64,000 nt of DNA from the IMG/VR virus record IMGVR_UViG_3300005512_000013; one strand, written 5' to 3'. The position numbers and the translations under genes were made by a program. The notes below the pieces were generated by a model that did no database searches, was not told where the DNA came from, and saw nothing but the letters and a program-made list of their open reading frames with translations. Positions 56,561 through 64,000 of the stretch are shown here, one piece after another (the first letter of the stretch is position 1; each line of letters opens with the position of its first letter). The stretch is from an uncultured virus (IMG/VR IMGVR_UViG_3300005512_000013). Lineage: Duplodnaviria > Heunggongvirae > Uroviricota > Caudoviricetes.

Positions 56561-56815
56561 TCAGGAATTGGGGTTGCTGATGAGGTGGATGATGGTTTGC
56601 ACAATCTTCTCTTCTTGGGAGAAGTCCATGTTTGCCATTTCGTAGTCCTCAATGAGTTCGATGATGGGGCAAGCCCTCTGGCAAGCCTTGAGGATCAGGT
56701 GAGCGGGCAGGTTCGCGTAGTTCTTCTTAGCGCTGCCCCAGAGGTTGTGCAGGAGGTCGTGGGCGGTGCTGCCCGGAACCAGGTGTTCTGCGGTTCGTTC
56801 GATGTATGCGTTCAT
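56561..56815 (-). CDS. Hypothetical protein (84 aa)
   Basis: AAGGA RBS. Confidence 0.55.
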   Translation of the reverse strand: MNAYIERTAEHLVPGSTAHDLLHNLWGSAKKNYANLPAHLILKACQRACPIIELIEDYEMANMDFSQEEKIVQTIIHLISNPNS

Positions 56816-56937
56816 TTGGTGTTCCTTGACTTGAGTGTGAGTTTGATGGAGTCTCGTGTCTCTCCGTAGATACAGAGTACTCCTTGGATAATTGAATATC
56901 CGAAAATGCAGAGGAAAAGCGTGAGTGCTGTCGTCAT
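56812..56937 (-). CDS. Hydrophobic micropeptide (41 aa, MTTALTLFL...)
   Basis: Read by hand; directly after the 27-bp motif, ATGA overlap downstream. Confidence 0.45.
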   Translation of the reverse strand: MTTALTLFLCIFGYSIIQGVLCIYGETRDSIKLTLKSRNTK

Positions 56938-56945
56938 GGGGTTCT

Positions 56946-56972
56946 CGTGATAGTGAATATGAACTGTCCCCC
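56946..56972 (-). repeat. Early-region 27-bp motif copy
   Basis: Exact consensus match; GC-rich hairpin immediately upstream. Confidence 0.9.
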
Positions 56973-57006
56973 GGAAGCAGGCGCAGGTGCGCCCGCCGCC
57001 GGTGGC

Positions 57007-57237
57007 TCAGATGTCGGTCCAGTCTTCTTCTTCGTCATCTTCGTCCGAGCAGTCCTCGTCGAGTGCGTCCATCGTAGCGATGGTTTCTTCGAGGCTATCA
57101 AGCAGCGGCTGTGCTGCTTCCATGATTGGACTGAGCAGGGTGTGCTCTTCGTCGGTGAGCTGGTCCTGCTTGTTCTCGAGGGTGTGGATGAGCAGGGTGA
57201 GTTCGGCGATCTGGTCAGTGGTGTACGTGCTTTGCAT
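57007..57237 (-). CDS. Acidic small protein (76 aa)
   Basis: AAGGGA RBS; D/E-rich tail. Confidence 0.6.
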   Translation of the reverse strand: MQSTYTTDQIAELTLLIHTLENKQDQLTDEEHTLLSPIMEAAQPLLDSLEETIATMDALDEDCSDEDDEEEDWTDI

Positions 57238-57627
57238 GGGATCGTTCCCTTGTGTTGGATGTGAGGTATAGTGCCGCGAGGTACAGCACTGCGTACTTGA
57301 TGATGTGTGCTTCGATCATGGGTTCTCTCAGCAGAGTCCGATGAAGAGGAGCAGGGCGTACTTCCAGGTTTGCTTGTTCATCTGTATTGCTCCGTCCAGT
57401 GCTTGCCGTTCGGTTGTGGCTTAGCGGGTGTGTTGAGTGCCTTCAAGACGATCTTGATGACTACGATGAGTGCGATGGTAGCGATTGCTGCGAGCATTGG
57501 TCAGTTCCCTTCGATCAGGCGTGTGACTGCCGCGATGCCGGTCCCGAGTGCGAGGCCAGTGAATACGACAGTGAATACTTGGTAGAGTCTGAATTCGATT
57601 TCTTCTCGCATGGTGTTGTGTCCTCTG

Positions 57628-57654
57628 CGTGATAGTGAATATGAACTGTCCCCC
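57628..57654 (-). repeat. Early-region 27-bp motif copy
   Basis: Identical to the 56946 copy; hairpin upstream. Confidence 0.9.
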
Positions 57655-57771
57655 ACATGAGGAGCGAGGGCAGCCCTGCGGCTACCTTCGCTCCTCCGTG
57701 GTTCACTGTGCGGCCGCTCGTGCAGCCTCGATCCGTTCGATTGCTTCTTCGAGTGTCATCGGGTGTTCCCT

Positions 57772-58014
57772 TCAGGAGAGTGTGCTGAGCAGTTCGACGT
57801 CGTTGTAGCCCGGTTCGCTGCAGACGTCGAGGTGCTGCAGGTTGCCGCTCATGTCCCGTGCGAGGACGGTCCACTGGGCCCCGTCGATTGCTTCATTGCA
57901 GGTGAGCACGGTCACGAGACGGCCAGCCTCGTGCGTGTCGAGCACGTGCTGGACGTGGGCGGTGTCGGCGAGGTCCGGGTTCGTGTTGGGTTCGAATTCG
58001 TTTGCGAGGTTCAT
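57772..58014 (-). CDS. Hypothetical protein (80 aa)
   Basis: AAGGA RBS before MNLANE. Confidence 0.55.
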   Translation of the reverse strand: MNLANEFEPNTNPDLADTAHVQHVLDTHEAGRLVTVLTCNEAIDGAQWTVLARDMSGNLQHLDVCSEPGYNDVELLSTLS

Positions 58015-58036
58015 GGGTGATTCCTTTGGATTGAGT

Positions 58037-58063
58037 CGTGATAGTGATTGTGAACTGTCCCCC
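58037..58063 (-). repeat. Early-region 27-bp motif copy
   Basis: Consensus match; hairpin upstream. Confidence 0.9.
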
Positions 58064-58104
58064 ACTTTGGGGGCAGCCCTGCGGCCGCCCCCTCCGTGGT
58101 CCCC

Positions 58105-58371
58105 TCAGGCGCGCACCTGTTCGGTGCCGCCCTTGGGGTAGAACGTGACCTCGAAGCGCCGGCCGATCTTCGCTGCGTGCTGCCGCGCGAAGGTTTCGGC
58201 TTCCTCTCGGGTCATGTTCTCTCGGGCCATCCAGTTGACGGCTCCGGTTTCGAGGTTCCGGATGCCGAACATGACGGTCGCCTCGAGGACCTCTTCCGCC
58301 GGTGCCGCCTTCATGGCAGCGAGTTCGGCTTCGAGTTCGTTGACGCGGTCCTGCAGTTCTGCCTTAAGCAT
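58105..58371 (-). CDS. Hypothetical protein (88 aa), probable first early gene
   Basis: AAAGGA RBS; N-terminal coiled coil. Confidence 0.65.
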   Translation of the reverse strand: MLKAELQDRVNELEAELAAMKAAPAEEVLEATVMFGIRNLETGAVNWMARENMTREEAETFARQHAAKIGRRFEVTFYPKGGTEQVRA

Positions 58372-58399
58372 GGTGTTCCTTTCGGTTGAAGTGTTGAAG

Positions 58400-59230
58400 C
58401 GGAGGGTTCCTGCCCCCCAGCCGCCAATGCAGTTAGCCGAGCTTGCGAGGCTTGCCGCCTTGCCGCCTTGGCTATCGAGTGCAGCTCTGCTATCGTGCAG
58501 CTGCTGCCGCCAATGCAGCCCGCCGAGCTTGCGAGGCCGGTGGCTGAGTGGGCTGCCTCGGCCATCGACTCATTGAGCGAAAGAAGCAGGTAACCACACG
58601 TCTACACCTTAGCCACCAGCAGTACATTAGACGAGAGGCAGCCCGCGAAGGCAGCGATGCAGCGGCGATGTTGGTGGCAAAGGGGCGAAGCCCCGCTTGG
58701 GTGTGTGCGACCGACGAGTCCGCGAGGAGGGAGCTGTGTTGGTGGCCGAGAGGCGAAGCCTCGAGGTTCTTGAAGAGGGGGGTTATGGGGGGAAACTAAA
58801 AAGATTAAAAGAGAAGATAGCCGCCTGTGTATTCCCAGGGGGTAAGTCGATTTCCCCGATCCCGAGTCGAAGGCGCAGCAGCTCCACTGATGTAGCAACT
58901 ACCACTGGTAAGCCACTGATAGACTGCTATGAGCTCTGGGTTGGTAGCTAAGGGGATACTGAGACGGAAGCTAAGCAGTCTAGGTAGCTCCTTAGACACC
59001 AACTATATTATGTATTACTAATATACTTCTTAGTATATACTACTAAGCCATACAACCTTTACGGCATCAAAAACCCACTCTACACTCTTCCCATCCAGCG
59101 CCTGCCAACGTGGCAGTGACACGCAGACGGAAGCTAAGAGGCTTAGGGTGTTATCGTATAAATATTATAATAAGTCCCCCTAAGTCGGGGCGGCCCAGCC
59201 GGCATTGCTGCCAACCAGACCGCCCCCACA
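58400..59230. other. Non-coding genome-end region (probable terminal repeat / entry region)
   Basis: About 0.8 kb with no credible ORF, between the last structural gene and the first early gene; contains direct repeats, hairpins and AT-rich patches. Confidence 0.55.
59037..59058 (-). promoter_or_regulatory. Putative phage RNAP promoter, copy 3 (genome end, phiOR/phiOL-like position)
   Basis: AGGTTGTATGGCTTAGTAGTAT, a perfect 22-bp repeat. Confidence 0.65.
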
Positions 59231-59239
59231 AGGAGAGTA

Positions 59240-62200
59240 TCACTTTCCTAACTTGTCCGCCAGGGAGCCACCTGCGGATCCCGGTCCCATCGCGTTCCCC
59301 TTAGGAGTCGCAATGGTACCTGAGAGGCCGGAGGATCCTCCCTGAGGCGTTCCAGCCCCGCTTACTCCCGGAGATGAGTCTCCAGTCGTCTGCGGAGTTT
59401 TGGGCGATTCAAAGCCCGCTACGTAGTCAGCCTTCAATTTGGCATAGTCCCTAGCTCGGCCCTTGAGACGAGTCTGCTTAGGAGCCGGCCCCCGGTATTC
59501 GGGGACTGCATTGAAGTTCCCCAGGATCTGGAGATTCTTCGGACGATGCGATTGAGGCGTACCACTGGCGTCCTTGAAGTCACCAGTCGCTCCTCGGAGC
59601 CCCGCCACCAGAAGGGGACGGAATTCCGCGGGACCGTACTTGTACAAGAACTCCTTAGCCTGACTCGCAGCCTCAGCGGGGTTGCCCTCAAGGAGAGCGC
59701 TGCCGCCCTGCTTCACCAGATCGGTGAACGCAGTGATGCTCTGGATCATCATAGACGGTCCAGGCATGCCGGGGGTGTTCATACCGAAGGAGCGCTCCTG
59801 GGCCTTAGAGCCAAAGACCGCGCCTCCGCTGAGCTTCCCGACAGAGGAAGTCAGACTATTCATAATCATATCAGTTAGGAACGACCCGGCCCCAAAGACA
59901 GGCATACGAGCAAGAGCGGTGGTCATCTGCCCAGGGGCATCAGTCCGCCAGTCCTCCGCGATCGCCTCCGGGGAGTCGCCGTTCTTCATCCTGTTCAGCG
60001 AGTACCACATGACCTCACCGAAGTAGAGAGGCATGAGCATAGCCGCGGTGGCACCGAGGCCGGTAGCCGCCAGGCCAGCCATGACTTCTCGCATGAACAG
60101 AATAGAATATTGTGATAGCTGCTGCCACATACGGACAACGGGGCTCGTGTTCAAGTTGGTCGTACCAACTCGGGGCTCCATGTTCGTCTTGGCAACTTGG
60201 TTGAAGAGAAGCTGCTGGAGGCCAGTAGCCGCCTTGCCGGACTTGAGAGACTCCTTGCCTCTTCCGAGGCCAGGCTCCCAAGCGACAGCATCAAACATCT
60301 CTTCATACTTCAGGAACGTGTTATCAGGCATATAGTCTTCAGCCAGCTCAGACACCCGCCGAGCCATCTCCGGAGAGAGTAGACCCAGGCCGTGCATCTG
60401 AGTAGCCACGTCAGCCTTCACACCGTTCTCCTTCGCAAGGCGTCGAATCAGCTTGGCGTCAATAGTGCCCTCAGGGTTGGAGGCAATCCAATCGTTGAGA
60501 GCGTCAGCCAGCTTCATGGCCTTAGAGTTTCCGTCGGCGTCCGTGACCAGCATCTTCCGGAGAAGCTGCTGAGCAGGGATCATGGCCGCCTCACGCTGAG
60601 CGAGCTGCACTCGTTCAAACGCGAAGGAGCCCAAACGACGGATCTTCTTGTTAGCCTTGTCGTGGAAGCTTTCCTTGAGCGAGGGGTCCAGGGCCATTGC
60701 AGCCGAGGCCTCGTCGCCCATGTTCCAGATGTGACCGAAGCCAAGCTTCGTCATATGGTAGGGCATGGTGATACCGATGGCGTGCATCGAATCCCGCATG
60801 GCCCCCATGTCACCGGCGTACTTTGGAAGAGTCATCTTCGTTCCGTCGGTGAACATCTTAGCTGCACGATTGACCAAGCCAGCCGTGCCTTCCACAATGA
60901 GGGACGCAGTCGTCCAGTTAGGCGTGGTCGCAAGACCGACCGCCGTCTGAATCGTAGGAGCAACAGCTTCGAGGAAGTCATTGCCCGACTCATCCTTATA
61001 CGAAGGGTTACGGCCCTGGGCAAGCCTGTACTGAGACTCGAGGTTCTCAATCTCCTTGATCGCAGCGCGCTGCTGAGAATCGGAGAGCTTGACCATGGTA
61101 CCGTCCTGCGAGACACGCGCCCGATGGACGCGAGCCTTAAGAGCATTCAGGAGATCGCCATAACCGAAGCCGGTAATGCCGTAGTACTCCTGATTAAAGA
61201 ACTTGTCCGTGACTCCATGATCGAAGGCCATAAAGGTCTTCAATACATTAATAGGAGTACGGTTCAGACCCCGACCAGCAACACCGTCGTTCAAGATACG
61301 TCGGAAGTCACCGCCGCTCATGAAGCGGTTGTTAGCGAAGGAGTAACCACCGTGACGACTGCGATACAACATCTTCATTGCTTCGTAGTCGGCCGGCGAG
61401 GATACTTCCCTACCCGAGGCAAGTACCGCACGGAACTTAGCTCGGTCCTCCGGATCGGGGAAGTCCCGATCAAGGTGGCGCATATAGAAGGGGACATTCT
61501 TACTGTCCGTGAACACAGCGGGGTCAACGCGCCCCTGCATGGCCTGCTTGTAGACATCCCGCAACTGAGTGGGCATATCCTTAGCGTGCCACTGACCGGC
61601 CTCCATTTTCTCTTGGAGAACCTGAGACGCCAGCCAGAACTCGTCAGAACGATCACCGCCATCAAAGCCGATGTCGTACTTGCTTTCATCAATGTTCAGC
61701 TTGCCTTCGTCAATAATAATATCAACGAGATCCGAACCATAGACGGAGTCCAGGGTATCGACATGGCGAGCCCGATCGGTGGGAGACATTGCTGACTTCC
61801 ACGGAGCGAAGATGCCATAGTCGTGCATGAATTGTGCATTCACGAACCCCTGTCGTTCCTCGGGAACGGAGGGATCATATTCAAGTCGTCGAATCTGCTC
61901 TTGGCGGATGCCGTCACCAACCTTGATGGACATCTCGCGCATAGCAGAATCTTCCTTGATGATCTGGCTAAGCTGAATAGGCAGCTGGCGATTCCCGTCA
62001 CCGACGAGACTATCGACCACCCACTTATCCATCTCACCAGTTTGATGCGCGTTCTTATACGCACGGTCGTACAGCTTAGCGAATTCACGCGAAGCAGTCT
62101 CGACCAGGTTGGCGGCATGCGGGTTCACACGCCCCAACTCATCCAGAGCCTCGGTATTATCCGGATGGCCGATGAAGGTTTCTTCAAACGCATCATCAAC

Positions 62201-64000
62201 CATACGAACGAACTCAGGGTCCTGGATCTTCTGAGCCATCTCAAAGAGTTCAATGGACGCCGACATCGGCTTGCCATACAGCGCTCGCTGAAGCGTCTGG
62301 ATCTCCTGCTGCGACATGCCCATACTAAAAGCCTGAGCAGCGGAACGCTCCTCGAAGCCAAGAGTATTGTTGAGCATCTGAGCCGCCCAGTTGATCTCAT
62401 CCGTCATCGAACGCCACGCCGAAGAGGTGCCCTGCAAAGCAATGCCCTCACCGACAAACATAGCCGCACGTCGGAACTTAGAGTCACCCACGGTCTCGCG
62501 ACGACCAGCGATCTTCCCGTCAATCATATGATCAACGATAAGCTTCTTCTCGTCCTCAGTGAAACCGTCTAGGCGAACTCGACCGAACTCTTCGTGAGTA
62601 GCCGGGTCACCATCTGCAATCTTACGGGCAATCTTTGCACGCTCTTCGATCGTGAGACCGGAGTCGCGCATAGCATACCTCGTCTTCTTGCGGGTGCCCT
62701 CACCAAGCAGCGTCCTTTGGACACCAGCGATGGATCGCTCAGAAGGAGTCGCGTGCCCAAGCTCCGCCAAGCGGTTCTTGAGAGACTCAATCTTATTGCG
62801 GATCATCGGTAGATCTTCTTCAGACGCTGTTCGTGATTCGTCCATCGCCTCAGTCAACGCCTTGCGAAGGGCGTCCTCTGTGTTGATGTTCGAAGAGTGA
62901 TTAAACCACATTTCGTTAAATGCCTTACGACCCGACCACAGCACAGGCTCCGCAGTGTTAGCAATGCGGCCCAGGCGCTCAAGGACCGTAGCGGGCTTAA
63001 GCCTGTCGGCTCTAATGCCCTTAGCCTCGATCTTAGGGGTCTCGTAGATCTTTGCGATCTTACGAATACGATCACCGTAACCGGCGCGATACAAAGCAGT
63101 AAACTCTTCACCGAAGTTCTTAGTCACCTCAGTATCGATCGTACGTGAAAGCAAATACCAGGACATCATCTGAGCTGCGAACTCCTGCGACGCAACACCC
63201 TGACGGTGAGAGTCACCGCTCTTGAGGTCGTCGTAGAACTTCTTAAACAACTCATTGCCCTTCTTGTCTCCATGGATAGCAACAAACGCGTCATTGAAAG
63301 TCTTCAAGTCCTCGGGCGTACCCTGAAGGATACGGCGATGGAACTGAGACCTCATCGACGTGAGGGCATGGGACGACGGTCCGCCGCCCTTGGCTCCCTT
63401 ACCAAGTGCCATCCCACGGTGGACGATAGCGTGTCCAATTTCATGAACAACAATATCAAACACCTCCATGGCCTCCATGCCTCTCATATCCTTAAGGATA
63501 GAGACGCGATGAAGCATCTGCTGCGAGCTGTCAATCATAGACCGCATCTTAGCAGTACCAGCTTCGCCGGTGAACTGGAACTTGATCCCAGGGAGGAGAT
63601 CCCCCAGGAGGTCCATGTTCATAGCCATCATCAAACCGAATTCGCGAGCAGCGTCTTCATCCTTAAAGACACCCGCCTTCTTAAACTCATCAATCAGAGT
63701 GTTCAAAGCCGGGTAACGCTTTTCACGAATTACCTTATCAAACTCATTAGCAAGAGTTCGGCCATTGCTAAAGATAGGCCCAGAGTTATCCGGGACACCC
63801 TCAGCAATTAGCTTACCCTCCTGCTCAGTTTCCATATCATCGAGAACTCGACCAGCCGACGCATCGGTAATCAGATCGCGCTCAGGCATGTTAGCCATAA
63901 CGGCTTCCAGCTTAGCTCGGTTAACACCTCGCGTGTTATAGTCCAGCTCGTCTCCCATGATAGCAGCAATGTCCTCTCGGAACGTGCCTTCTACTTCAGA
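59240..64000 (-). CDS. Very large internal virion protein (gp16-like) with a zincin motif; start lies beyond the window
   Basis: Frame open to 64000 (>1586 aa); helical, with hydrophobic C-terminal segments; VHEIGH...QEFAA. Confidence 0.65.
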   Translation of the reverse strand, partial: SEVEGTFREDIAAIMGDELDYNTRGVNRAKLEAVMANMPERDLITDASAGRVLDDMETEQEGKLIAEGVPDNSGPIFSNGRTLANEFDKVIREKRYPALNTLIDEFKKAGVFKDEDAAREFGLMMAMNMDLLGDLLPGIKFQFTGEAGTAKMRSMIDSSQQMLHRVSILKDMRGMEAMEVFDIVVHEIGHAIVHRGMALGKGAKGGGPSSHALTSMRSQFHRRILQGTPEDLKTFNDAFVAIHGDKKGNELFKKFYDDLKSGDSHRQGVASQEFAAQMMSWYLLSRTIDTEVTKNFGEEFTALYRAGYGDRIRKIAKIYETPKIEAKGIRADRLKPATVLERLGRIANTAEPVLWSGRKAFNEMWFNHSSNINTEDALRKALTEAMDESRTASEEDLPMIRNKIESLKNRLAELGHATPSERSIAGVQRTLLGEGTRKKTRYAMRDSGLTIEERAKIARKIADGDPATHEEFGRVRLDGFTEDEKKLIVDHMIDGKIAGRRETVGDSKFRRAAMFVGEGIALQGTSSAWRSMTDEINWAAQMLNNTLGFEERSAAQAFSMGMSQQEIQTLQRALYGKPMSASIELFEMAQKIQDPEFVRMVDDAFEETFIGHPDNTEALDELGRVNPHAANLVETASREFAKLYDRAYKNAHQTGEMDKWVVDSLVGDGNRQLPIQLSQIIKEDSAMREMSIKVGDGIRQEQIRRLEYDPSVPEERQGFVNAQFMHDYGIFAPWKSAMSPTDRARHVDTLDSVYGSDLVDIIIDEGKLNIDESKYDIGFDGGDRSDEFWLASQVLQEKMEAGQWHAKDMPTQLRDVYKQAMQGRVDPAVFTDSKNVPFYMRHLDRDFPDPEDRAKFRAVLASGREVSSPADYEAMKMLYRSRHGGYSFANNRFMSGGDFRRILNDGVAGRGLNRTPINVLKTFMAFDHGVTDKFFNQEYYGITGFGYGDLLNALKARVHRARVSQDGTMVKLSDSQQRAAIKEIENLESQYRLAQGRNPSYKDESGNDFLEAVAPTIQTAVGLATTPNWTTASLIVEGTAGLVNRAAKMFTDGTKMTLPKYAGDMGAMRDSMHAIGITMPYHMTKLGFGHIWNMGDEASAAMALDPSLKESFHDKANKKIRRLGSFAFERVQLAQREAAMIPAQQLLRKMLVTDADGNSKAMKLADALNDWIASNPEGTIDAKLIRRLAKENGVKADVATQMHGLGLLSPEMARRVSELAEDYMPDNTFLKYEEMFDAVAWEPGLGRGKESLKSGKAATGLQQLLFNQVAKTNMEPRVGTTNLNTSPVVRMWQQLSQYSILFMREVMAGLAATGLGATAAMLMPLYFGEVMWYSLNRMKNGDSPEAIAEDWRTDAPGQMTTALARMPVFGAGSFLTDMIMNSLTSSVGKLSGGAVFGSKAQERSFGMNTPGMPGPSMMIQSITAFTDLVKQGGSALLEGNPAEAASQAKEFLYKYGPAEFRPLLVAGLRGATGDFKDASGTPQSHRPKNLQILGNFNAVPEYRGPAPKQTRLKGRARDYAKLKADYVAGFESPKTPQTTGDSSPGVSGAGTPQGGSSGLSGTIATPKGNAMGPGSAGGSLADKLGK

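Noticed and set aside
54705..58099. Early repeats as a CRISPR array or integron attC cassette array
   Set aside because: Spacing is irregular (hundreds of bp to kb, with whole genes between copies), no cas or integrase gene is present, and attC RYYYAAC/GTTRRRY ends are not consistently found.
1..64000. Prophage or integration module
   Set aside because: No integrase, repressor or host genes seen; the whole window is phage-like and single-stranded in coding.

Overview
The window holds most of the genome of a lytic T7-like podovirus (Autographiviridae-type), apparently circularly permuted. Essentially all genes are on the minus strand. In transcription order there is a non-coding end region (~58.4-59.2 kb), then an early region of many small genes (58.4-45.3 kb). 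Next comes a nucleotide-metabolism/replication region (45.2-31.4 kb: dUTPase, class II RNR, RNAP, SSB, RusA, primase-helicase, PolA, dNMP kinase, exonuclease). Last is a late region (31.3 kb to 1, continuing at 64.0-59.2 kb: portal, scaffold, capsid, tail tubes, about 7 fibre/spike genes, terminase, internal virion proteins). The most striking feature is a second, miniature T7-family RNA polymerase (551 aa) in the early region, alongside a canonical ~830-aa one. The small enzyme keeps all catalytic motifs but lacks most of the T7 N-terminal domain and the specificity loop, and has a winged-helix-like N-terminus instead. Several distinct repeated cis-elements accompany it: a hairpin plus 27-bp motif before early genes, a perfect 22-bp motif heading the middle and late modules and the genome end, and paired GCGAAGC template-strand hairpins resembling N4 promoters. 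Together these suggest a two-polymerase transcription cascade. All functional calls come from reading motifs by eye; no database searches were run.
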